From: Blepharisma stoltei ATCC 30299
Taxonomy: Eukaryota > Protista > Ciliophora
Assembly: GCA_965603825.1 (NCBI GenBank)
Contig: CBFDEM010000014.1
Coordinates: forward strand, 372,001-436,000
Length of the DNA stretch: 64,000 bases
Direction of reading: 5' to 3'
Of this stretch, positions 37,422 through 50,538 are shown piece by piece (positions within the stretch are counted from its first letter, which is position 1; every line of letters starts with the position of its first letter). The position numbers and the translations under genes are program-made. Under the pieces are notes generated by a model. The model did no database searches. It was not told where the DNA came from and saw nothing but the letters and a program-made list of their open reading frames with translations.

Positions 37422-37560
37422 AGTCACTCTTGTGGAATTAATAGTCAAGTTTATTGTTAAATGGCGAAAAATATATGATTTTCACTTTTATTGGCAAAAC
37501 AGTTCATAGTTTTGACAAGAGCTGCTGTTTAGTTTAATGCAAAATTGTTACTTTAATTAT

Positions 37561-38409
37561 TTAGGTGCTTTCGCTTTTATTTTTCTTATGGAGTGTCAAA
37601 GTAGTCCCAAATACAGTTCCCTCTTCATATCGCGGGATTTTCACTGTCTCAAACAAGTGTCTTGTTTTTGCATAATTATCAATTTTCTTTTTCAAAGACA
37701 CCGTTTGCGCCCTCTCTTCCTCTTTAATTGGCGCCTGCACATTATACAAAACAATTGATGTCTTTATTTCTTTTCTCAATTCCTCGAATTTTTTCATTCT
37801 TTTAGTAAGAAATTCTGAATTTTTTTCACAGACTTCGTCTATAACTTTGCATTGGCACTTTGAGTTTCCGCACTTATTGCAAACAACTTTTGCTTCTTCT
37901 TGGTTCAAAAATAGCTGCAAATTGGAGTATCTTTTTCCTTTGATATCCTCACCAGAAGTTATTTTTTTGGATCTTACTTTCGTTTTTATTGGTGACAGGC
38001 ATTTATAGCGTCGATTTGAGTTCCTATCAATTCAGTCTCCACTTAAAGGTGAGCGAGGAAAAGCTGATTGGTGATAACTCCCATTTGTCATCATGGCATC
38101 TGGTGGTAATAAATTCATGAACTTTGATTGCCTGTCAATAGAATCGTCATAAGCAGAAGATTGCTCCCATAGATAATCAAGCAGCAAATTTGGCTTTTTT
38201 ATAACTCTCCCGTTGCTTTCAATAATCAATTGTTGCGGTGTTTCAGATTGAGATGGGTAAGGGGCTGAATTGATATCAAAAGAGCAATTAAGAGATCTTG
38301 GCTTGTTTCAGGTTTTTCTTAACAATGATTTTCTTTTCATAAAATTTGGATATTGCTGAGCAGTGTACAGTGGGTCTCTTCTCAGATTTTCAACTTTTAT
38401 TGAAGTCAT
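37561..38409 (-). CDS. Hypothetical protein, 282 aa, with a small CxxC...CxC cluster
   Basis: ORFs 38032-38229 and 37561-37920 are in frame with ATG 38409 via TGA. Confidence 0.62.
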
Positions 38410-38457
38410 TTTATGGACTATTCAAAGCTGATTTTATTAGAGAATTATTATGTGAAT

Positions 38458-39765
38458 TTAACTACTATTTTTTCTTTCTTTCTTCAGTCTTCTTGTGTCT
38501 GTTATGGCATATTTAACTAGTAAACTGACTGCGCAGATGTTTACTAAAAGCATAAAAGCAAATAAAAAGCTTCAATCTATATCCGATAAGTATCCAATAA
38601 AAATCTGCCCACTCGCTGCACCTAGCGCCCCAGTGCCATCGATAATTCCTGTAACTTTAGCAACAGCGTTTTCATCTTTTCCAATACTACTTTCTCCTCT
38701 TCCAAGATCAATAGCAACTGCTCCTGAAATTAAATTATCAGAAGCACTTACAAGGCATCCCAATAAAAACGTTATGAAAAAGAACATCCACCAAGTGCTT
38801 GGAGTCATCAGCTGAATTATCCCAAAAATAGGCAGGGCTCCTAAAAGCATTGAGCATATAGTCGGAGCTCTATAGCCAAGTCTATCTGTGATTCATCCAA
38901 ATATAAAGCCACCTACCAAGCCTCCGATGTCGTATAAATTTGCCATGGCCCCTATTAAGTTCTTGTTGACATTGATGTGTTTGTCTAATATAAAAGGCAA
39001 TCACATAAGCATAGAATAGTTAAGCAATTTTACACAAGCATAAGTCAATGCATATACTGCAACTCTTGGGAGCATCCATGCTTGAATAAAAGAAAGTGAA
39101 GGCTGCTCCTGACTGCTATTATCTTTTTCTTCATCTAACAAAACTTGTTGATTTTGCAGCCATTTTGAATCAGGTCTTTCTTTTACAGTGAAGAAAAATA
39201 TAACCCCAATAGATAGCAGAAAAATTGTAGTTACAATTATAACAATTTCCCATGAAGAGTTTAATAGAGATAAAATAATAGTTGCCATTTGAGCACCCAA
39301 AATATTCCCAACCTGAGAATTTGAGCTCCATAAGCCTAAAATTTTTCCTGTGTTTTTTCTTGAGAATCAATGACCCATTAAAGAAACTGTGCAAGGCCAA
39401 ACTGTAGATAAAGAGAAACCTATCATTCCAAATAAAATGACAAAGATATATGGATTGCCATAATTTGCATATCCTAGAAATACTATAATGAAGTAGCATA
39501 GGCTTCCTAAGATCATTCCACTAGGAACAACGATATGGATAGGAAATAAATCTCCGAGGACTCCGCTTATATAATTCCCTATAGCGTAACAAAATAAGTA
39601 AGTTGAGTCCATAGCTCCAAGCCAAGTTCCTGAAAAATTAAGATCGTCATTAACATCAGATTTAACCATGAACCAGCCTTCTAGGCAAGAGTGTCTTCCT
39701 GCGATGCATAGATATGAGATGGCGAATATAAATATCTGTCACTTTTGGTAGGTCTCCAGTTTCAT
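38458..39765 (-). CDS. MFS organophosphate:Pi antiporter (SLC37/GlpT family), 435 aa
   Basis: LGAMDSTYLFCYAIGNYISG, MGH-W-F...G...GLWS...VGNILG, CVKLLNYSMLM-W-LP, VTGIIDGTGALGAA. Confidence 0.9.
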
Positions 39766-39999
39766 ACAGCCTTAATATTATTTGGCATAAGTTAAGAGAT
39801 GAAATTATTATATTAATTCATCCAATCTTATTTAATATAGTTATAGGTTGCCCAGCTTCAAACAAAAATTAGATTTAGCTAAAAGCGATTAAATTTAAAT
39901 AAGGAGAAAAGAAGAAATCAGTATTTTTATTATCATTTTTAAAATATTCAATACACTAAAAGCACGGTTAATTAAAACATAGTTAGAATTATATACTCA

Positions 40000-40719
40000 T
40001 TACTCTACATCTTCCATAGTGGACGCGTCAACAACAAATCCAAGCATCTGATTCTGCTCTATATTAGGATATAAAGACTTAGCGAAATTTCCATAAGGAA
40101 TAATATAAATACCTTGCTTCCCGAGAGGAGCATAACCAGCGCGATGTTTATTAGAAAAATATTCAATGTAAGTTTTAAATAAATCGTCTTGTGTATTATT
40201 AGAAGATTCAAGTCTTAGCAAAGCAATAGGTTTTTTGTTTACTGGGAAAGGTGATCTAAAAGGTATATCTAAATGATACACTGAGGAAGGGAGTTCAAAG
40301 CAGCCTTTAAGTAAGTTAGCGTCTACTCCTACTTTATATTTCTTTGAACGGGATAAAAAGCCGGACCATATTAAATTATCTTCACAATCTAAGGATTGAG
40401 AAGGGGAATGGCAAGCTGTATCTGTGGATTGAGAAGGGGAAGGGCAAGCCGTTGGTATTCTCCATTCTTCATAGCATAGCTGCTTGGCTGGGAGGTTAAC
40501 TTCTTGGTGATTTCTCATCTCTAAGAGTTGCTTGCATGGAGCTTGAAAGGGAGAATCTTTGGATTCTGTGGATCTGATTTCTTTGAATAACTTGGATTCT
40601 GGTAAGTCATTGTGAAATTTTTGTGTTGGAAATGTGGCTGGGAGGTTATTTGAGTGATTTTGAGGTCTTCGAATGGGTGAGCGAGACCTTTCTCTTAGCC
40701 AACCGAACCTATATGACAT
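40000..40719 (-). CDS. SPOC-domain protein with an RS-type N-terminus, 239 aa
   Basis: IWSGFLSRS...LDIPFR...FKTYIEYFSNKHRAGYA...IYIIP resembles SPOC (SPEN/FPA type); RERSRSPIRR at the N-terminus. Confidence 0.7.
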   Translation of the reverse strand: MSYRFGWLRERSRSPIRRPQNHSNNLPATFPTQKFHNDLPESKLFKEIRSTESKDSPFQAPCKQLLEMRNHQEVNLPAKQLCYEEWRIPTACPSPSQSTDTACHSPSQSLDCEDNLIWSGFLSRSKKYKVGVDANLLKGCFELPSSVYHLDIPFRSPFPVNKKPIALLRLESSNNTQDDLFKTYIEYFSNKHRAGYAPLGKQGIYIIPYGNFAKSLYPNIEQNQMLGFVVDASTMEDVE

Positions 40720-41366
40720 CTTTATTATTATAACAATCATTAAGGCCGTATGAATATCTAATTACCATATCGTTAGATTAACATTTATTCATAAATAGCA
40801 TTTTTATTTTTACTGGATGAATACTTATATATCTTTGGCTCAATTTTTAAATCTCATATTTTTTTGCTTAATTATTTTAATTTTGAGATCCAAGTAAAAG
40901 AAAATTTTAAAATGAGATGCAAATAATTAGCAAAACCCAACCATTCCAGTATATTCTCTAAGAACAGTTTTAAAAATTTGTGAATTAATAGAGTGCGATT
41001 AATAATAGGAAATAGGAATAATTATGATGTCATATGATAAACTTTAATTTAATATATTGAACTTTCAGAACTTCATTCTTTTAATCTAAACATTTCAAAT
41101 TAAATATAAAACGATTTTACTGTTCTATCTAGAAAATTATTTTGATTATTAATTTTTCATAAAAATTTCTGCAGTTTTCAAATAAATCATCCAGATTTAT
41201 TAATTGCAATTTTAAGAAGCAGAATTCCTATTTTTTATAATCTCATTAAATCTGCAAGCATTTCTTAATTATTTTTCATCATAACTTATTTGATATAAGA
41301 ATAGAACTTTCTATTTCGAAACTAGGCTTTATTTAATTGCCATACTGATCTAATATAATTTAAAAG

Positions 41367-42344
41367 ATGGATCCTGATACTCAGCTCGATAAATCGTATT
41401 CAGACATTATAATTTCAAGATACAAGCAACTTCTCGAAAACCAACGTTGCTTTGACTGTAATATTAAAAATCCTCAATGGTTTTCAACTATTTTTGGCAT
41501 ATTTTTATGCACTTCTTGTGCTTCTGATCATAAAAAACTTCCAATCCAGACAAATTTAAAATCTATTGATATTGACTTATGGACGCCCAGAGAATTATGC
41601 TATATTGAGTATGGCGGAAACAAAAAAGCCAGAGACTACTTCAATATAATGAACAATGAAAATAAAATAGACTATACATCAAATATTGCAACATCATGAA
41701 AAAATGAGCTTGCTAAAGAAGTTAATAGTGTGCATCCTCTTAAAATTACCCAAAGTGACAATACCAATACAGCTATAATCATTACTAATAATAATGAAGA
41801 GAAAAAACAAGACATCAAGCCAATCATCTTTAAGCCAGCGCTGCCACAAAATACTTCAAATCATAAATTTAAAAAAATAAAAAATGAAGAAATTCATTCA
41901 GATTTTATTTTCAAGCCTGTTGTATTTAAGTCTCAGGAGCAGCAAGAACTATTTTCTGACCCTCTACCACTAATAGCTCCAGCAAAACAAATTATAGATT
42001 CAAATGAAAACATGATTCAGCCAGTTTGTGTCAAAGCTGAAAAGAAGCAGATTGAGAAAAAAGCTTTTTCTTCAGATGATTTTGAGGATAAAAGGGAAAA
42101 TAATAGAGGAAAAGAAAGACTCGCGCTATATGCAAACGCAAAAGCTATCAGCAGTGATATGATTTTTAATGGAAACAATGGAAACAAAATAAAGGAGAGC
42201 AAAGGAGAAATTATGAAGGAAAAAGCTGCACAAGTAGCTCACTCTGTAGCAGATAAAGCAGAAAATTTAAAATTTAAAGCAATTAATGCTATAAAAAAGC
42301 TCCAGAATAAATTCAAGAAGAGACCTGCATATGAAGACAAATAA
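41367..42344 (+). CDS. ArfGAP of the Glo3/ArfGAP2-3 type, 325 aa
   Basis: CFDC-x16-CTSC zinc finger, DLW...GGN, two Glo3-like motifs (AFSSD, AISSD); TGA 41697-41699. Confidence 0.85.
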
Positions 42345-42483
42345 TGTACAGGGATAATTAAATAATTGTGCAATTTTATATTAAAAAGGTTCGATTTTTG
42401 ATTTTTTGAAGAATTTTAATATCTCTATATCTCACTAAATCATAATCAATTATTCACCTATTAATTTTCTTACCAATTTAAAT

Positions 42484-45400
42484 ATGGATCAAAACTCTGG
42501 TAACAATGATCCGGAGAGTTCTAGTTCTGTAAATGTTGCAGTCCGTGTTCGTCCCCTGAATGCTACGGAAAGAATTAATTCGCCCCAAATTTGTATTACT
42601 TGTGATCATGACCGTAATACCATAATAATGGGCAAAGATCGTGAATTTGTATTTGATAGAATTTTTGGGATGGATTCAAAACAAATAGAAGTATTTAGCT
42701 CATGTGCAAAAGATTTAGTTCTTTCTTGCTTTGAAGGCTATAATGCAACAATATTGGCTTATGGGCAAACTGGAAGCGGGAAAACTCATACTATGGGAAC
42801 TGGCCAAAGCCATAATATGCTAGAAGAGGAGCTTGGGATCATCCCTAGAGTTATCCATCAGATATTTGAAGAAGTCGATGTCAGAAAAACAAAGGTAGAA
42901 TTTGTAATAAAAGTGAGCTTCTTAGAAATTTATAATGAAGAGATACATGACTTATTAGGTGCTAATAGTATGGTTCCTGAAAAAACTGTCTCTATAAGAG
43001 AAGATAAAGGAAGTATTATCTTGACAGGACTTCATGAAGAAACTGTCACAAATTTCGATGAAATGATTACATGCTTAAATCAAGGAAGCATGCAAAGATG
43101 CACTTCAAGTACACTCATGAATGCTCAAAGCAGCAGATCACATGCTATTTTTACAATAAATATTGAGCAAACTGGAATTTCTGAGGAAAATGCTGACGAG
43201 GGTAGTGATGAAGACCATAAATGCGCCAAATTCCATTTTGTGGATCTCGCAGGCAGTGAAAGAGCCAAAAGAACTGGGGCTGTAGGCGCAACATTAAAGG
43301 AAGGTATTAATATCAATAAAGGACTATTATGTCTTGGGAATGTTATCAGCGCTTTAACTGAAGAAAGCAAAAAGAATAAGCATATTCCTTATAGAGATTC
43401 TAAATTAACTAGGATCCTCCAAGACTCACTTGGAGGAAATGCAAAAACCTTCATGATCGCTTGTATTTCGCCAGCCGAAATAAACTTCGATGAAACATTA
43501 AACACATTAAAATACGCAAGCCGAGCAAGGCATATCAAAAATAAGCCAGTTGTCAATAGAGACCCTCAGTCTGCACTTATAGCACAGCTTAAGCAAGAGC
43601 TTTTATCTGCAAAACAAGAAATTAAAAATTACCAAAGGCTTTTGAGTCTAAACGATAACGAAGAAATTAAGAAAGAACTAATGAGTATGAAATCAGGGAA
43701 TTTCCAAGAAAATAATGATGATGAAAGAAAGATCAAGCTGAAATGCGAAGAATTAGAAAGAAAGGTAAAACAATTAACAAATGAATTGGAAAACGCAAAA
43801 TCTTCAACAAATAGCAATATTATAGAAATTATGCAATATAAAAAGGAAAGGGACATTTACAAATTTCGATTGGAAAACTATACTGAAATATTAAGGAAAA
43901 ACCAGATAGAAATTCCAGAAGAAACAGGTCTTCCAACTTTGCTTGAAGAATACTCATTGGAAATTGAAAACTTAAGAACTGCAATAAACGAAAAGGACAG
44001 GAGATTAAGGGACCTGAGGATAGAGTTCGATACTTTAACAAAGCAATACGAAAAAGATGAAGAGCTACTTGCTGTTAAAACTGAAGAGTTAGAAAAATTA
44101 AGAAGACAGAAAGGAACTGTTCCAATAGTTATAGAAAATGTAGAAGAGCTTATGATGAAAAACGTTGATAATTATGGAAAGCTCTTTGCGGAATCACTTT
44201 TTGCAAAGCTAGATAACCCAGATACTCCATCCACAGCAAATGAAGAAATCATAGAAGGAGAGAATACTGAAAATGCTGAAAGCCCTGAGCCTGGAAATGA
44301 AGTCGAGCATGAAGAATTGTTGCAAGTTGACAAAAGTCTCAAAGAGAAAGAAGAAATGCTTAAAAGCATTGAAGATGTATTTCGTTCACTACAAGGAAAA
44401 CTCGTCAGCGAAATGTCCCAGCAATATTATATGAAAATCGAAGAGTTAGAAGGCGAGCTTCAAACAACCCAAAATGAAAGAGCCAGAGTTTCAGAAAAAA
44501 TGAAAAATGCATCTGCGTTAGACAGGCAAAACGCTGAAGAGAAATTCAAACTAAAAATAGAAGAGCTTGAAGAAAAGCTAAGAGAAAACCGTTCAAAAGA
44601 GAAAGAGCAAGCTTCGTTATCAAAAGTTGTAGAAACACAAAAAAAGGAATTAACAAAACTTGCTGATGAAATCACAAAAGCAAAGCAACAAAGAGTCTCT
44701 TTATTAAGGAAAATTAAGGAGGACTCAGAAGCTCATCAAAAGTGGAAAACAAGCCGACAAAAAGAACTTTTACAGCTAAAGAGGATTAACTTAAAAAAAG
44801 ACCAAGAGATTCTCAAGCTTCAGAGTGATAATAGAAAAAAAGAAATTGTGGCGAAAAGAAAAAGTGAAGAACTTTCAGCGCTACAAAAAAGGCAAAGAGA
44901 AATTGCTTTAAGAAGAAAAAACACCCATTTTAAGGAGGATAAAGAAACTTTGATAAATTGGGTTGCTGAGTTTGCCGATGCTTGTGTAGAAGAAAGAGAG
45001 CTTAGGGCTGAATTGCAGGCTGATAGCACTGAAAAAGAGAAAATAGAAGAAGAAATAAAAAATTTAAACCGGCAATATGCTTTAACAAAGCTTAAAATTG
45101 AAAAACTTGAAATGATTATTGAAGATCCTGATTCAGCGAATGATGAATTAGATTTGCAATACCAAATCCAAGAGAGTAAAAGCGATTTAAATGATTTTGG
45201 AGAACAACTCGAAAACCTCGAAGTAAAATTAAGATTCAAACAAGAAAAAATTTTAGGAATATCAGAGAAACTTGCAAATTCTGAAGTCGAAGCAATTAAA
45301 TCACGGTCCCTTACACTTCACTCAATAGAAGACGCAAACTATTTAATTGAAGCTCTATTTGATGATATTATAAACAAAGCCTCACAAGCTAAAAAGGTCT

Positions 45401-46989
45401 CCAAAATCCTTGATAGCAAAAAAGAAGAAATCGAGAAAGTGACAAAAAGTTTATCAGAAAATATCCATGATAAAGAAATAATGAAAAAACATCACGAACA
45501 AATCATTATCAAAATCCGGCGAGAATATGACGAAAGAATTAGTCAGCTCATCGAAGAGCTGGAAATGAAATCGTCATTAGATACTTCTGAAATGTCAGAA
45601 ACACGAATAAGTGAACTAGAAAGCAAAGAAAAAGAAGGCCAATTAGCTTACTCAAAGCTTAAAAAAGAATATGATACATTACTTGTAAAATATACAAAAT
45701 TAAAAGCCACATTTTTAGAACTCAAAGAAAATGCTGAAACCAAGCTTCAAGATGAAATGAAATTGAGGCCGAGGTCTTCTACAAATACAATCACTTCTTT
45801 AGCAAGAGCTCGTGAGCAAGCAAAAATGAAGAAAGATACCCCGTTGGAAATTGAAGAAGAATTTAAAAGGCCCAGGCAAAGTTTCCATGGCGGATCACTG
45901 CTAAAAGCAAAATTCTCCAGAACTTTCACTGAAAACTTTACTGATGAGTCTGTTTGGAAAAGATTGCAAAAATCAAACTCTCAAAGAGTAGGTCTAGCGA
46001 ATCAGCCAGAAATATCAAGCAACTTATTTAGCCTATCGCAGAAATGGAGTTGCCTTCGTAGTATTGATGCTCATACAGGTGCGGTATGTGGGATGACAGC
46101 TCATGAAAATATTTTATACACAGCTTCAAATAAAACTTTCAAAATATGATCACTAGACACCTTTGGCGTCATAAAAGAAGTATTAGCTCATCCATCTTTT
46201 ATTAAATCTATTGCATATTCATCTGAGAAAAACCTGATTTTTTCAGGGTGTAATAAAGAAATCGGAGTTTGGGACTCTGTTTCATTACAAAATGTTTCAT
46301 TATTAAAAGGTCACAATGAAGAATTAAAATGCTTGCAAGTTAAAGATAATTATCTTTATAGTGCTGGCAAGTCATCTAATTCCAGTGGAAGCATCTTTAT
46401 ATGGGATCTGAGAAGATATAATACTCCTATACAGGAGAAAGAAAACAATCAAGATATTTTCCAGATTTTGGTAAAGGAAAATATTTTATACTATGGAAGC
46501 AGAAACCATCGAGTTGGCAGGATCAATTTGAAGACTTATGACTCAATGAGAACTTATGAGCCTCCACATTTTGATGCAGTGACAAGCTTGGCTATTTATA
46601 ATAATACAATAATATCTGGATCCAGAGATAAAAATATGAGAAGATGGGATCTTATTGGTGAAAGTCCATATCCAACTATTCTCTCAGCCCATACCGACTG
46701 GATTAACTGTCTTGCGACAGAGCCAAATGAGAAATTTATATATAGTGCTGGAAAAGAAGGAAAAATCCGTGTATGGAAAGGTGGAAGAAATTTGCGATGC
46801 GTAGGAGAAATGGCTGGTCATGTGTCTTCAATTAACTGTATGACGCCAATCAGAGGTTTTGAGACTGAGCTAGTTAGTGGTGGCACTGATAAGACTATCA
46901 AAATATGGAGATTAACTGAAGAAGATTTAGAATCTGACCACTCGAGTGATGATGGGATATATTTAAAAGTCCCAGAAATATATTCTTAA
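42484..46989 (+). CDS. KIF21: Kinesin-4, KIF21-like (motor, coiled coil, WD40), 1501 aa
   Basis: GQTGSGKT, SSRSH, FHFVDLAGSER, HIPYRDSKLT; long coiled coil; WD40 tail joined through TGA 46147-46149 (FKI-W). Confidence 0.92.
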
Positions 46990-47017
46990 AAACATATAAA
47001 TAAACTTCCATTAATAA

Positions 47018-47647
47018 TTACGTTTGTAGACTTCGATAAGCCTGATAATTTTCATAGCTCATTGATTGTTTTGAGCTTTGATATGTTTTTACATTTAATG
47101 TAGGAGAAATCTCTTGTATAATTTCAAGAGGACTTTGTTTATAAGACATGTAGCAAGCTTTTCTAAACAAGTTAACAAGAGTAGTAGCTTGGTCCCATCC
47201 TTGATCTTTGGAAACTTCAGGGAGAAAAGTGGCTGAGTATTTTTTGCCTTTGGCACTAAAATTTATTTCAATTCCATGCTTTCCAACTTCCCAATCTAAA
47301 GGATGTTTTATTCGAATAAAATTTGTTAGTAAGCTTACAGATACGCTTAAATGTTCAGCTTCTTTTAAAGATATTGGATCAAAACGAGTATCATTAAAAG
47401 CTGAGATAAGTGCATATCTTGGCAAAAGATCACCTATTCGTGTTCCTTGATCAAAAGTGCCAATACAGCCTCTTAGATCATCAGATTTGTTTATTTTTCA
47501 CGTAACGAATATTGGGCATGGAGCATTAACTTGAGTTTCAGTTAAAAAAAATCGTTCGATAATAGATCCAGTTGGCTGATTTCTAAGAGCAGCGAATAGC
47601 ATATCAAAGCAAACTGCGCACATCTCTTGGGTCGCTTTTAATGCCAT
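47018..47647 (-). CDS. AMMECR1: AMMECR1-family protein, 209 aa
   Basis: MCAVCFD, PIFVT-W-K...LRGCIGTF, YALISAFNDTRF, DWEVGKHGI, ATFLPEV. Confidence 0.92.
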
Positions 47648-47661
47648 TTTTATAAATATTA

Positions 47662-48951
47662 TTATATATTCTCATTATTCTTGCATAAATTAAAATGAAC
47701 CTGATCAAAGGTTTTCATTGAACAAAGTACAACTCTCCTTAATGTATCTGGAATTTCTGTGTGATTTCCTCCAGTCTCTATCGTTCATAATTGGTCTCTT
47801 GAAAGGGTTTTGACGTTGCTAAGCCCTCTGCTATGACTTAGGAATTTTTCCAATAAATCATCATCGCTTTCTAATTCTAAATAAGCTTGGATGAAGTCAA
47901 GTCCTTCCAAATTGAAAAACTCCTTGAATGAATATTCCTTTTTTCATTTTGGGGCTTCATCATATAAATTGAAGATAAAGTCTGTATAGTCTGATTCATT
48001 GAAATATCGGAAACTTGGATTATTGAAGAAAATTGGAGAAATGGCAGGGTTGACTATAAATGGGACTGTTGCATTTGGGATCACTTTGAAAGAGCCTAGG
48101 TGTCTATGGCCAGATAAAATATATTTTATTTTTCTCGCATTGTTTTCAACTATATCAAAGAAAATCTTTGAATAGTCTTCGTGCCAGCCTTGCTCTCCTC
48201 CATCATACATTGAAAATCCTGGCGGAATGTGCAACAAAATAATGACGTCACCATCACTTTCTTCAACCTCATCCCGCAGTCACTCTAACTGCTCTAAAGA
48301 TTCCTCTTTCCTTTCAGACTGTGACGACAAATAATTTGTATTAAGTGCTAATATATGGTATCCTGAACCTGTAAAGCTCCTATAGTATCCTCCATCATAA
48401 AAGCTTCCAGAAATCTCAATAGCACTTGGCTTCCACAGCTCATATAGAAATTCTAAATATTCTGCTCCTTCTCTCCCACTTGGAGCTTGGTATCTTTCGT
48501 ATCCATCATTATTCCCTATGGCTTGGATTATTTGAGTCTCTGGGAAAAATTCTTCTACCAAGTTAGTCAAATCCACAATGGTCTGCCGAACCAAATATTT
48601 GTTGTAATTTACGTCAATTTCATTCTCATTATTAAGGAGATGCATAGCATAATGAGATACTGAATCTCCAAGAAGGACTAAAAAATCTGGGCTTGGATCT
48701 ATAAGCCTCATTTCTTCTAGGGCACTTTTCAGTAGAGATTTGGGACTGTCACAGCCTAATCGCCCATAAATTTTTGAATTATTTGTTGGGGTTGGGATAT
48801 ATGAGGACTCTACATGTCTTGTTGAGTGGCAATGAAAAGAAGTGTCATAGCTAGAGTTATAGTGGACATCGAGATGGACATCTGAAATTACGAAAAACCG
48901 TTGAGAGAAAACAAGGGAACTCAAGAATCAAATGATGAAGAAAAAATTCAT
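47662..48951 (-). CDS. Secreted/lumenal calcineurin-like metallophosphoesterase (SMPDL3/PPN1 group), 429 aa
   Basis: Signal peptide; SDVHLD, GCDSP, LGDSVSH, GNND, HIPPG, GHRH, PAISP..NNPSFR. Confidence 0.85.
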
Positions 48952-49084
48952 ATCAATATTATATTTTTGATAAACTTGCCTTACGTGCCATAATTACATG
49001 GATTATACATAAAGGTGAATAATAGCTGATTTTTTTTTCTAGTTTAAAAAGAATAAATGCTTCAGATTTAAATTATCTAAATAA

Positions 49085-50338
49085 TTAAACATTTCCAATT
49101 AAATTTCCAATTGCAACTTCTATTGAGCCAGTCCTATTAATTTCGTTTCTAATCATATCTTCGGTCACATTTGGAAGAATCTCTCTGATTTGTCTTATGG
49201 CATCTTCATTATTTCAGATGCTGCTAAAAGTGATATGAAACTGCGGCAAAAATCTTGGCCATAAGCTTCAGTTCCTCCTTGGCTCACTGTTTTCAGGATC
49301 CATAAATTCTCGCTTGCATAACGGGCAAATTCTTTTTTTGGTACTCATCATAAGTTTTCTTATACAGTCATAATGAAACACATGATTGCATGAAATTTTA
49401 CAACAAACTCCAACTGAAATTGTGTCCAAACAAATACAGCATTTTTCATCTTGCAGTTCTTCTATTTGCTCTTTTGGCAAAGCTGGATATTTCTTCAAAA
49501 AAGTCTTAACTGATTTTTTATAATGGTAATATTTAGAAATTAAAGAGCAAATATCCGCTACAATTCCATTAGTCTTTATAAGTGTAACAAGGTGAATTGG
49601 GTGAAAAGAAAAATAATTGCCAAATAAATAACTTATCTGAAGCCAATGCATGCATCTGATGGAGTTTTCGAGGATTTTGAGTTTCAGATCTCTAATTTCA
49701 TTTGGAATTAGTTTATAGTGAAGTATGCATAGGGTGTAGGCTGAGTCAAAAAGAACTATAAATCCTTCATAGGTTGCAAGAAGTATAAGGTTTAATCCAA
49801 TTGAATGGAAAATTAAGATAAAATTTGTCATAAAAATAGCTATCAAGCTGATAATAATGCTTAAAAGGATTTTGAGATTTTTTTCATTGTTAGATTGGAT
49901 CCTGAGCTTTACAACACCTTGCATTGATTTGCATGTGGTATAGAAAAAGCTAATAAAACCTCAAATCATCAATTCTGCAATATTTATTTTAGTCTGCCCT
50001 AAAGCAATGAAATAATACTGCAAAAGCATATTTTCATTGATAAATGTGTCCCAGAATAGCTTGCTATCAATATTGCTAAGAGCTCCAATAATTGATGAAA
50101 GAAATTTTTTCGAAAGAGCATATCCTGCCATGATAATTGAGCATAAGATATATAAGCCGACAATCAATCCGAGCTTTCCTGAATTGAGAAAGAGGATAAA
50201 ACTTATAAACCCTCTGTAGTAAATCGCAGGAACAATGAGAAAAAGTCATGCGATTGTTGAAAAGAGTGTAAAAGACATGTGTCAATTTCTAAAGAGCCTT
50301 CCAGAGTAGTCAAAGTTGAAAGCATAAACTCTTCTCAT
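49085..50338 (-). CDS. gp78/AMFR-like ERAD E3 ligase (TMs, RING-H2, CUE), 417 aa
   Basis: TM region; CCICLD...CNHVFHYDC...CPLC; C-terminal IRQIREILPNV...RTGSIEVAIGNL (CUE-like) revealed by TGA read-through. Confidence 0.8.
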
Positions 50339-50538
50339 ATTTTATTATTTTATTATTTTTATATTTTATCCTATATCCTATGTATACATAATTCACATGT
50401 TGAGTTATAGAAAAGGATTATTGCCTTTAAACTCTAAGAAATTATTTTCAAGACTTTTTTTTAAATTCGAAAAGAGATTGATAAACTGAAAAGGATTGAT
50501 TTTGGTTTTAATTTCTATATTAAATAAGATAGGCTTAT

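Noticed and set aside
32429-39765. Runs of short same-frame ORFs that look like nonsense-mutated pseudogenes or operons
   Set aside because: All breaks are TGA at Trp-compatible positions; reading TGA as Trp gives intact single genes
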